The notes under the pieces were generated by a model that was not told the DNA's origin, did no database searches, and saw nothing but the letters and a program-made list of their open reading frames with translations. This document shows positions 1-8,304 of a stretch of DNA of 17,144 bases, one piece after another (within the stretch, counting starts at the first letter, position 1; every line of letters starts with the position of its first letter). Source of the stretch: Candidatus Aenigmatarchaeota archaeon. GTDB lineage: Archaea; Aenigmatarchaeota; Aenigmatarchaeia; Aenigmatarchaeales; JACQIB01. The translations under genes were made by a program, and so were the position numbers. Location: contig JBHIDR010000018.1 of assembly GCA_046760225.1 (NCBI GenBank), positions 1 to 17,144 of the forward strand. The letters run 5' to 3'.

Positions 1-1
1 A

Positions 2-361
2 ATGGAGAGGTCAACTGAGGGTGATGAGATCGAGACCGCGATAAAAAACCTGCTGAATGATTATTACACGTTTCCGGACAAGGAATATTTGGTTGCGGAG
101 ATCGAATGGGCACAGGTGAACGAACCAGAACTTGGACACGGGCTTGATGACAAATGGCAGCACATGGTCGAGCTGTCTGCTGAACTGCAGAGCAATATCC
201 AGGACAAGGAAAAGCTCAAAAAGCTTGTGGTCTTTGACAAGGAATATGAAGGCTTCAACAACATAAGGAAGGAAATAAGGGAAAGAAGAAGGGTCATGAA
301 GAAAGAGGAAAAGCATATAGGGAAAAGGTTCCATTACGAGAAATGGAGAGACATAGTCTAG
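2..361 (+). CDS. Hypothetical charged, helical protein (possibly 5'-truncated by the window edge)
   Basis: 119-codon ORF with purine-rich, Glu/Lys-rich coding like the neighbouring genes; no recognisable motif. Confidence 0.6.
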   Translation: MERSTEGDEIETAIKNLLNDYYTFPDKEYLVAEIEWAQVNEPELGHGLDDKWQHMVELSAELQSNIQDKEKLKKLVVFDKEYEGFNNIRKEIRERRRVMKKEEKHIGKRFHYEKWRDIV

Positions 362-453
362 AATTTGCACTTAAATCTTTTTCTACCCAAATCTTAATTA
401 TGCTGGCATTAGCAAGGAATAGCGGAAACGATATCTTTAATCTTGGGGGAGTT

Positions 454-1320
454 GTGGAGATTGAAGAGGTATGGAGAAAGAGGGACAGGGAAATAGACAA
501 GGCAGGTAAAGTAGAATGGACATACGTAGAGCATCCCAGGAATGCCATAGACCATTCCAAATTCTATATGAGGGTCTATCTGGCCAGGGAGAGACTGGGT
601 GTAAATAACAAGGATGCAGAGAAGAAGCTGAAGAAGAAGAAAGGAAAGAAGATAAAGTTCAAGAAAATGAAAGACAAGGAACTTCAGGATGCCTTTGAGG
701 AAATAAACAGGATAGAGGAGAAACTGGAATACCTGGAAAAAAAGAAAAAAAATAAGAACCTTTCAGCAAGGAAAAGGAAGAAATTCGTTCAGCGCTACGA
801 GTATCTCTGGCAGTACAGGAGAGCTGTAAGGAGCGCTGGTTCTAGGCTAAAGAGAAGGGTATTGGATTACGAAAAATGTTATGATAACATTTTACAAAGA
901 CAGGAAGCAGAACTGGAATACATAAGGCAGACAAAGACCTCAGGAGAGAGGTTTGTTGAGCAATTGAAGGGTGCTGGTGCAAAGATTCTTGTGGGAATGG
1001 GAGCAGCAATGCTTTCAATGCCCCTAACTGATGAGTGGCCCTACTGGGGTGCAGTAGGGGTTGGAGGTACATTTTTGGGCCATTTCCTTCTGAGAACATA
1101 TGCTTGGACAGCTGAGGACAAGGCTATATTGAAATACCAGAAAGAATTTGAGGATATCAGTAAGGAGCTGGAACACGAGAAAGCAGAAGTATATGTGCAG
1201 ACAACATTTCTGGCATTGAATGCTTTGGAAGATTCCCTTAAGGTCAATACAAGAAGGAAGACATTTTTAGACTATAGGAAAGAAGCGAGAAAGATAAAAA
1301 CTAGGAAAACAAAATATTAG
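454..1320 (+). CDS. Hypothetical Lys-rich coiled-coil protein with a two-helix membrane hairpin
   Basis: The open frame is 343-1320. The start is uncertain: ATG 343, ATG 400, or GTG 454 after GGGGGAG, and 361-450 looks intergenic and AT-rich. A hydrophobic segment ILVGMGAAMLSMPL...WPYWGAVGVGGTFLGHFLL is flanked by charged helices. Confidence 0.7.
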   Translation: MEIEEVWRKRDREIDKAGKVEWTYVEHPRNAIDHSKFYMRVYLARERLGVNNKDAEKKLKKKKGKKIKFKKMKDKELQDAFEEINRIEEKLEYLEKKKKNKNLSARKRKKFVQRYEYLWQYRRAVRSAGSRLKRRVLDYEKCYDNILQRQEAELEYIRQTKTSGERFVEQLKGAGAKILVGMGAAMLSMPLTDEWPYWGAVGVGGTFLGHFLLRTYAWTAEDKAILKYQKEFEDISKELEHEKAEVYVQTTFLALNALEDSLKVNTRRKTFLDYRKEARKIKTRKTKY

Positions 1321-1330
1321 TAGTGATAAA

Positions 1331-1654
1331 ATGTTCGAATCTGAGGAAAAAAAGGACGCCAAAAGTACATTGGAAGTGTATGAAAGCAAAATCGAAAAGT
1401 TTTCTTCTGTTGTAGAGAGTATGAAAAACGGTGATTATAATGGAGACTCTGATGAAATACAAGCTACTTATGACAATCTTGCTACGTTAGAAGGAAACAG
1501 CCTAGGAATGCAAATAGATTTAACGAAGAGGGGATACAAGGATTTGGCAGAAAAGGCTGCTGGACTTTATACTCAAGCACGAAGGATGAAAGCGATTGTG
1601 GAAAGAACTGCAGAAAAAGAAGAAGTAAGTCTGGATGATGACCCTGAAGATTAA
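1331..1654 (+). CDS. Hypothetical helical protein with acidic C-terminal tail
   Basis: 107-aa ORF with a GTGAT Shine-Dalgarno-like motif upstream; 4-nt convergent overlap (TTAA) with the dph6 stop. Confidence 0.7.
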   Translation: MFESEEKKDAKSTLEVYESKIEKFSSVVESMKNGDYNGDSDEIQATYDNLATLEGNSLGMQIDLTKRGYKDLAEKAAGLYTQARRMKAIVERTAEKEEVSLDDDPED

Positions 1655-2325
1655 TCTTTCCCTACAAGCTTGACATCAAGGATGATGTATTCACCGGAGT
1701 TGCCTTGCCATCTTTTTTCAGCGTCCCTGATTTCTATCCTCTTCTTGAAGAGCGGGCAGTCAAGGACAACACTATCATATTCGCCCCCCTCTCCTACAAG
1801 GCTTATTGCATGCTTCTTTTTAAGTTCAAGAAGTTTCTCTAGTGTTTCTTTGCCAAGCTTTTTTCCCAGCCATTCAATATCAAGTCCCTCAGCAGCCACG
1901 CTAGTAATAATTATCTCGAACTTGTTTTCGATTAGTTCTTCCAGGTATCTTTTCGTGTCTGTGTGCCAGAGTGGCGCTAGCAGCTTGAGCCCGAGCTTTT
2001 CGCATACGCTTGCTACGCGCGAGCGCTGGTACTCGCTTGCAATTGCACCGCATACCACGCCTTCCACACCCAGGCCGCTCAGTGCGTCCTCCAGATCCTT
2101 CACTTCCTTCTCCTTTTCACCCGAACTGAGCTTGCTCACGAGCCTGATTCCCATGACTTCTGCCTGCTTGAGCACCATGCCTATGTTCACTGTATGGTAC
2201 ATGTAGCTGTCAGGCCTTCTGGCAATCACTGTGACCAGATATTTTATCTCATGGCCGCTCTGCACAGCCTTCCAGACTGCGGCAAGGCTGTCCTTTCCAC
2301 CGGAAACAAGGGCTGCCAGTTTCAT
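1651..2325 (-). CDS. dph6: Diphthine--ammonia ligase (PP-loop ATP pyrophosphatase, Dph6 family)
   Basis: N-terminal SGGKDS PP-loop, SYMYH, GAIASEYQ, L.PLW and GEGGEY motifs. The ATG at 2325 is preferred over the GTG at 2334, which serves as the SD (GAGTGA). Confidence 0.92.
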   Translation of the reverse strand: MKLAALVSGGKDSLAAVWKAVQSGHEIKYLVTVIARRPDSYMYHTVNIGMVLKQAEVMGIRLVSKLSSGEKEKEVKDLEDALSGLGVEGVVCGAIASEYQRSRVASVCEKLGLKLLAPLWHTDTKRYLEELIENKFEIIITSVAAEGLDIEWLGKKLGKETLEKLLELKKKHAISLVGEGGEYDSVVLDCPLFKKRIEIRDAEKRWQGNSGEYIILDVKLVGKD

Positions 2326-2351
2326 TGTTATCACTCTTTCGTGAAATTGCC

Positions 2352-2390
2352 TTTAAATACTATTTAAATATGTTTAAATACTATAAAATA
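2352..2390. promoter_or_regulatory. Divergent promoter region with tandem TATA boxes between dph6 and tbp
   Basis: TTTAAATA at 2352, 2363 and 2373 and TATAAAAT at 2382; TATTTAAATA (2361-2370) is a perfect palindrome. Confidence 0.65.
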
Positions 2391-2439
2391 TACACGCTCA
2401 AAAAATTTACCAAATCACAATCAAACAGGAGGTTGTAAA

Positions 2440-2976
2440 ATGGCATTCAGAATCAAGATAGAGAACGTTGTTGCATCTGCTTCTCTTGGTGTTCCTGTAA
2501 GGCTTGAGAAGATTGTTGCCGGACTGGAAGGCATAGAGTACGAGCCAGAGCAGTTCCCAGGGGTTGTGATGCGGCTCAAGGACCCGAAGGCAGCTGCCTT
2601 GATTTTCTCATCAGGAAAAATAGTCTGCACAGGAGCAAAGAGCCCGAAGGATGCAAAGCTGGTGATAGGGAAGATAGTCACGAAGATAAGGAAGCTCAAG
2701 ATAAAGGTACCAAGGGACCACAAGATAAAACTGGAAAACATTGTTGCAAGCGCCAAGCTGGACAGAGAACTTAATCTTGATCATATTGCGTTCACATTGG
2801 AGAACACTGAATATGAACCAGAACAGTTCCCAGGGCTGGTCTTTAGAATGGATGATCCCAAGGTCACGTTCCTGCTTTTCGGCTCTGGTAAGATAATATG
2901 TACAGGCGGCCGGAGCATAAAGGACGTTGAGAGAGCTGTTGCAAAGCTTGACAAAAGGCTGAAGAGACTGAAATAG
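2440..2976 (+). CDS. tbp: TATA-box-binding protein
   Basis: Two direct protein repeats (IENVVASA...EYEPEQFPG...LIFSSGKIVCTGA / LENIVASA...EYEPEQFPG...LLFGSGKIICTGG); strong SD AGGAGGT at 2427-2433. Confidence 0.98.
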   Translation: MAFRIKIENVVASASLGVPVRLEKIVAGLEGIEYEPEQFPGVVMRLKDPKAAALIFSSGKIVCTGAKSPKDAKLVIGKIVTKIRKLKIKVPRDHKIKLENIVASAKLDRELNLDHIAFTLENTEYEPEQFPGLVFRMDDPKVTFLLFGSGKIICTGGRSIKDVERAVAKLDKRLKRLK

Positions 2977-2994
2977 CAACCCCGAGGGGGTGGA

Positions 2995-5900
2995 ATGGCA
3001 GAAGCAGAGAGATTTGAAGAATTTTTTAAGCAGTTCTATGAGAAGGAGATGATGAGCGCTGCAGCCCATGGAAGGAAATCAATTGAGATTGACTTCTCCC
3101 TTCTTGAGAAGTTCGACCATATGCTTGCAGACAAGCTGCTGAACGATCCTGGAGTGATAATTGATGCAGCAAGAATGGCAATAAAGGCAGTGGACCTGCC
3201 AGAAGGCTCGGTCAGTCTGGAGCCCAGGTTCAAGAACCTGCCAGAGGAAAGTACAGTGAGGATAAGGAACCTCAGGGCAGAGCACATGGGAAGGTTCCTT
3301 AGCATAGAAGGTGTTGTGAGGAGGGCCAGCGAGGTCAGACCGCAGATATACCTTGCCAAGTTCCAGTGCCCTGCATGCGAGAACATGATTGATGTCGAGC
3401 AGAAGGACAGGACAATAAAGACGCCGTCAGTATGCGAGTGCGGCCAGAAAAGCGGGTTCACCATGGTTGACCAGAGGCTCTTTGACATGCGATGGCTCAC
3501 AATAGAGGAGCCATTCGAGGTTGCCACTGCAGAAAGACCCGGGATGATTAATGTTTATCTCAAGAACGACCTGACCACGCCAGAAATGCAGAGGAAAACA
3601 GACCCGGGCAACAGACTGAAGATAAGCGGGACAATAAAGGAAATAAAAAGGATAACGAGAGGAAAGGCAAAGACACAGCTGGAGATTTACCTGGATGCAA
3701 ATCATATTGAGTCTACTGAGATAGAGTGGGAAGAGGTGAGAATAACGCCTGAGGACGAGAGGAAGATAAGGCAGATGGCCTCTGACCCGGAAATCTACAA
3801 GAAGATTGTTGCATCAGTTGCACCCTCAATGTACGGCATGGAGGAAGTAAAGGAGGCAATTGCATACCAACTGTTCGGCGGTGTGCCCCAGTACCTTCCT
3901 GATGGCACAAGAATAAGGGGTGATGTCCATGTGCTTCTTGTTGGTGATCCGTCCATTGGAAAAACACAGATACTGAAGCTTGTTTCAAAGTCCATGCCAA
4001 GGGGCAAGTATGTTTCAGGAAAAGGGGTCACTGGGGTTGGTCTTTGCACAATCCCTGATTCTTTAATCACTTTGAAGAACGGCGAATTAATTAAAATAGG
4101 AAATCTGGTTGAAGACAACCTAAGGAGAGGTAAGAGAGAAATTAAAGATGGGATTTTTATAGCAAAAAAACCAGAGGAAATGGAAATCCTAGCATTTGAC
4201 CAGAAGGAGCTTAAAATCAAACCATTAAAAATAACCCAATACTGGAAAATCAGGGCACCAAAAAAACTTATGAAAATTAAGACAAGAACTGGAAAGGAAG
4301 TTACAGTAACACCCAATAATCCAGTACCTGTAATCAAGAACGGGAAAGTCAAATGGAAAGAAGCAAAGAGCTTGAAGGAGGGCGAATTTATCGCTACTCC
4401 AAGATCAGTAGCAAACCAACCAGAGTACTCTAACACTTCTATTCTAAATTTTTTGGATAAAACCGCCCATCTGCTAAATGCCCAAGACATTATAAAACAT
4501 ATCCTCGAAAGGGTTAGGGAACGTGGAACTATAAGGGATTTTGCAAGGAAGTTGCAAATTGATGAGAATCAATTATGTCATTCTTGGAGATTAGGCAAAG
4601 GTTCACCACAGCTAGATATTCTGGAAACGATGTGCAACCATGTAAATCTAGAACTGGAAGAGGTATTGCCAGAGAAAATGCAGCTTATGCAGTATAATGG
4701 ACATGTCATAAACTTATCCAAATCCTTCACAACTAAACTATTATATTTAATAGGATTGGTTGCTGGAGATGGTAATGTATCAAGAACGCCTCATGGTGGC
4801 TTTTGCATAGAATTCCATTCTGCTGAGAAAGAATTACTGGAAAAATTTTATACTGTTTGTCAAAATGAACTGAATATAGAACCACATTATTACAAGCATC
4901 CAGATAGAATAGCCTATTGTAGCATAAATTCAAAAATTGTTGCCCAGTTGATGCATAAGCTTGGTGTACCAAATGGAAAGAAATCCCAGCATATTGAGAT
5001 TACGCAAGAACTATCAAACCTTCCAAATGAACTAGTAGCTGCATATTTACACGGCTTGTTTGATACAGACGGATGTGTTGTTGAGCCAAAAAACAAAGGT
5101 TCAAAATTTGTAAGCTTTAGCACATCCTCAAAAGCATTTGCAAAGGGGCTCCAATTACTTTTGCTGAGATTTGGCATACTGTCATCCATGAGAAAAAAGG
5201 CCGGGAAAACGACCTACATAAAAAACAGACCTGTTATATCAAAGGATAAATATGAAATAGAACTAAGGGGCCTTGAAAATCTGTTAAGATTCAAAGAAGA
5301 GATTGGTTTTGGATTCTCCAAAAAGAAAGAAAAACTAGAAAAAATAATCAGAAAAATATCAAAAACCAATACCAATATAGACATAGTACCCGAGATTTCA
5401 AATCTTTTGGCTTCTGCACGCAAAGAGCTAGGAATTTCAGCTAAAACACTGTATGGCTATAAAAATTATTCATATGAAATGGGTAGAAGAAAGCCATCAC
5501 GTCAACAGCTGGCAAAAATAGTTGGGAAGATGAAATCCTTTGGCAACAGCAAAACTATTGAAAGGTTAGAAAAATTAGCTAAATCAGATATCTTCTGGGA
5601 CGAGATAAAGGATGTTGAAATAGTCAAAAATAAGCAGTTCGATTATGTTTACGATGTTACTGTTGAGGATGAACATTCACTCATAGCTGATGGCATAATA
5701 ATCCATAACACCGCAACAGTGACCAAGGATGAGGAATTCATGGGAGGCTGGGTGCTTGAGGCAGGTGCAATGGTGCTCTGCCACAAGGGAATAATTGCAA
5801 TAGACGAGTTTGACAAGATGCACAAGGACGACCAGATAGCCATGCATGAGGCGATGAGCACACAAAGCTATCATGGAGATACGAAGATAACTCTTTCGGA

Positions 5901-8292
5901 TGGCTCAATAAAATCTATTAGAAACATTGTGGAGAATATGTTGGAAAAAAATAAAGGTAGTGTTATTAATGGTCAGGGGTGTGAGGTACTTCTTCTACCA
6001 GAAAATGAATGCATAGAGCTGATGGCAACAAATTTTAATAAAATTTTCAGTAAAAGGATTACGCGAGTTAGCAGACATACTGCACCAAAATATTTTTTTG
6101 AAATAGAAACTGATAGTGGAAGGAAAATCATAGTCACTCCAGAACACCCATGTTGGGTCATGGTGGATGGAAAAATTGTATGTTTGCCAGCAAGTAAGTT
6201 AAAAAGGAGTAACTGGGTTCCTGTTCCATTAAATTTACCAATCGAAGGTCAAAAGCAAAATATTAGTATAGTTCAGAAAGATATAGCTGTCAATCGTGCG
6301 TCTAATCATATTTCTATACCAAGAAATTGCCCACAGCTTTTCAAATTTGCCGGCTATATGCTGAGTGAGGGTAGCTACGAACTTAATAAGGGAATCAAAA
6401 ACGGCATAAACTTCACCAATTCCAATCCACTATTGCTTAATGATTTCGTGACCACAACTACTGGTTTGTTTGGCATAGAACCCTATATCCATATAAGAGA
6501 AGGAAAGACCACTATGGCCAGATACATTTCTAGGGAACTTTATAATTTTGTTAATAAAATCGGACTATCTGGAATGGCTTTTGAAAAGAAAATTCCAGAT
6601 ATTTTCCTCATGGGAGCGAAAGATGATGTCAAATTGCTTCTTCAGAAGCTTTTCGATGGGAATGGCGGCTTGATATCCAAACAAAGAGGGATGGAGATAG
6701 TTTATACCTCCAAAAGTAAAACTCTTGCTTTACAAATTTCAGATCTCTTGCTAAGATTTGGAATCCCGAGTAAAATAAGAGAAACTCAATATAAAAATAA
6801 AATTTATTTTAGAGTTGCGATAACAGGTAAAAAGTACCTAAAAAGTTTTCAGGAGCATATAGGATTTTCAGACGAAAAAACTAACAGGAAGCTTGCTGTG
6901 TATGTTAAAGGAGAGACATCCTTAAGGACAAATCTCTGGGGCACGATTCCACAAATCGGAGCGCAGATTGCAGATATCTTACGAAAACTTAAACTTCCAC
7001 AGAAAAGAATTGTTGGTTGGAATATAACAGAATATGAAAGATACAAGCTTAATTTTTCAAGAACGGTGTTAGGAAAGGTAATTAAAAGAGTAGAGCGTTA
7101 TCTTGCTGAAATTGAAAGGCAAATAGAAATCATTGAAAATCTTCCTTCTGAAAAAAGGACGATAAAGAAATTGCGACGTATTAGGACTGCCTATAGAATT
7201 AGTACGCAACAAGTTGCAGAAAAATTAGGATTATGTCATCAATTGATTTCTTTTAGGGAAATTAAATCACCAACAAGAAAGTTTGCTATCAGATACAAAC
7301 AGGCACTTGTAGATATCTTCAAGGACATGCTTCAGCAAAGGTTTGAAATTGGGAGAATCAAGAATCTTGTAAATGCAGATGTAGGCTGGGTTAAAATAAA
7401 AAATATCAAGAAAGTAGAGAATAAAAATGAAAAATTTGTTTATGATGTTACAATTCCAGGTCAAACGTTTATTTCCAATGGTATGGTTCTACATAATACA
7501 ATATCTGTTGCAAAGGCCACGATTGTTGCTACCCTGCCTTCACAGACAGCTGTGCTTGCAGGAGCAAACCCAAAGTACAGCAGGTTCGACCCGTACAGGC
7601 CAATAGTGGAGCAGATAGACATCCCGGACACCCTGCTCAGCAGGTTTGACCTGAAGTTTGTTCTCAGGGATGTCCCGGACAAGGCAATGGATGAGAAGCT
7701 CGCAACATATGTTGTTGGTGCAAGGCTCAGGCCTGATGATGTCAGGCCGCTGATAGCTCCTGAGATGCTAAGGAAATATATTGCATATGCAAGGCACAAC
7801 TGCTTCCCGAAGATGACACCTGAGGCAGCAGAGAGGATAAAGAACTTCTATATTACCATGAGGGGGATGTACGCGGGTGAGGAAAGGCCCACGGTGCCAA
7901 TAACGCTCAGGCAGTATGAGGCGCTGATGAGGCTTGCTGAGGCATCAGCAAAGATAAGGCTGAGTAACAAAGTGGAGGTAGAGGATGTAGATAGGGTTAT
8001 AAGGATTATGGAATATTCTATAAAGCAGCTCGGATTTGACAGGGAGACAGAAAAGATAGACATTGACAGGACAGAGGGCGTGCCGAGCTCGCAGAGGAGG
8101 AAGATACATTCAATAATAGACATAATAGAGAGGCTGGAGAAGACAATAGGAAAGCCGGTTCCCATTGAGGAGATAAAGGCAACTGCACAGGACGAGGGAA
8201 TAAAGGAAAGCGATACAGAGGACATGTTGCAGAGGCTGAAGAAAGAAGGCATAATATTCGAGCCAAAGGCGAACTTTGTGCAAAAATTATGA
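2995..8292 (+). CDS. mcm: MCM replicative helicase precursor with two inteins (spliced product ~666 aa)
   Basis: Zn finger CPAC...CEC, Walker A GDPSIGKTQ, Walker B IAIDEFDKM, arginine finger LLSRFDL, sensor 2 PITLRQ and a C-terminal winged helix. 1765 aa minus 555 and 544 aa of inteins leaves 666 aa. Confidence 0.98.
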   Translation: MAEAERFEEFFKQFYEKEMMSAAAHGRKSIEIDFSLLEKFDHMLADKLLNDPGVIIDAARMAIKAVDLPEGSVSLEPRFKNLPEESTVRIRNLRAEHMGRFLSIEGVVRRASEVRPQIYLAKFQCPACENMIDVEQKDRTIKTPSVCECGQKSGFTMVDQRLFDMRWLTIEEPFEVATAERPGMINVYLKNDLTTPEMQRKTDPGNRLKISGTIKEIKRITRGKAKTQLEIYLDANHIESTEIEWEEVRITPEDERKIRQMASDPEIYKKIVASVAPSMYGMEEVKEAIAYQLFGGVPQYLPDGTRIRGDVHVLLVGDPSIGKTQILKLVSKSMPRGKYVSGKGVTGVGLCTIPDSLITLKNGELIKIGNLVEDNLRRGKREIKDGIFIAKKPEEMEILAFDQKELKIKPLKITQYWKIRAPKKLMKIKTRTGKEVTVTPNNPVPVIKNGKVKWKEAKSLKEGEFIATPRSVANQPEYSNTSILNFLDKTAHLLNAQDIIKHILERVRERGTIRDFARKLQIDENQLCHSWRLGKGSPQLDILETMCNHVNLELEEVLPEKMQLMQYNGHVINLSKSFTTKLLYLIGLVAGDGNVSRTPHGGFCIEFHSAEKELLEKFYTVCQNELNIEPHYYKHPDRIAYCSINSKIVAQLMHKLGVPNGKKSQHIEITQELSNLPNELVAAYLHGLFDTDGCVVEPKNKGSKFVSFSTSSKAFAKGLQLLLLRFGILSSMRKKAGKTTYIKNRPVISKDKYEIELRGLENLLRFKEEIGFGFSKKKEKLEKIIRKISKTNTNIDIVPEISNLLASARKELGISAKTLYGYKNYSYEMGRRKPSRQQLAKIVGKMKSFGNSKTIERLEKLAKSDIFWDEIKDVEIVKNKQFDYVYDVTVEDEHSLIADGIIIHNTATVTKDEEFMGGWVLEAGAMVLCHKGIIAIDEFDKMHKDDQIAMHEAMSTQSYHGDTKITLSDGSIKSIRNIVENMLEKNKGSVINGQGCEVLLLPENECIELMATNFNKIFSKRITRVSRHTAPKYFFEIETDSGRKIIVTPEHPCWVMVDGKIVCLPASKLKRSNWVPVPLNLPIEGQKQNISIVQKDIAVNRASNHISIPRNCPQLFKFAGYMLSEGSYELNKGIKNGINFTNSNPLLLNDFVTTTTGLFGIEPYIHIREGKTTMARYISRELYNFVNKIGLSGMAFEKKIPDIFLMGAKDDVKLLLQKLFDGNGGLISKQRGMEIVYTSKSKTLALQISDLLLRFGIPSKIRETQYKNKIYFRVAITGKKYLKSFQEHIGFSDEKTNRKLAVYVKGETSLRTNLWGTIPQIGAQIADILRKLKLPQKRIVGWNITEYERYKLNFSRTVLGKVIKRVERYLAEIERQIEIIENLPSEKRTIKKLRRIRTAYRISTQQVAEKLGLCHQLISFREIKSPTRKFAIRYKQALVDIFKDMLQQRFEIGRIKNLVNADVGWVKIKNIKKVENKNEKFVYDVTIPGQTFISNGMVLHNTISVAKATIVATLPSQTAVLAGANPKYSRFDPYRPIVEQIDIPDTLLSRFDLKFVLRDVPDKAMDEKLATYVVGARLRPDDVRPLIAPEMLRKYIAYARHNCFPKMTPEAAERIKNFYITMRGMYAGEERPTVPITLRQYEALMRLAEASAKIRLSNKVEVEDVDRVIRIMEYSIKQLGFDRETEKIDIDRTEGVPSSQRRKIHSIIDIIERLEKTIGKPVPIEEIKATAQDEGIKESDTEDMLQRLKKEGIIFEPKANFVQKL
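4045..5709 (+). mobile_element. Intein 1 (555 aa) with LAGLIDADG homing endonuclease, inserted at GVGL/TATV
   Basis: Starts with Cys (CTIPDSLI) and ends YVYDVTVEDEHSLIADGIIIHN followed by Thr+1. LAGLIDADG helices LIGLVAGDG and YLHGLFDTDG. Removal restores the MCM motif GL-TA.V.KDE. The DNA is visibly more AT-rich than the exteins. Confidence 0.95.
5866..7497 (+). mobile_element. Intein 2 (544 aa) with LAGLIDADG-like domain, inserted at AMSTQ/TISVAKA
   Basis: Starts with Ser (SYHGDTKITLSDG), has block B TPEHP, and ends FVYDVTIPGQTFISNGMVLHN followed by Thr+1. Endonuclease helices FAGYMLSEG and LQKLFDGNG. Removal restores HEAM..Q-TISVAKA. Confidence 0.95.
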
Positions 8293-8304
8293 GATGGTGA
8301 ACAG

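Noticed and set aside
1670..2206. 178-aa plus-strand ORF, and similar Ser/Phe/Leu-rich antisense ORFs (e.g. 3795-4490, 7848-8393, 14513-15037)
   Set aside because: Antisense shadows of well-supported genes, with composition mirroring purine-rich codons.
2335..2439. Replication origin or CRISPR array at the AT-rich repeats
   Set aside because: No ORB-like G-string inverted repeats and no cdc6/orc1 in the window; the repeats are 8-11 bp with no spacers.
2440..2976. Internal DNA repeat GAGCCAGAGCAGTTCCCAGGG / GAACCAGAACAGTTCCCAGGG
   Set aside because: Reflects the normal two-fold repeat of the TBP core.
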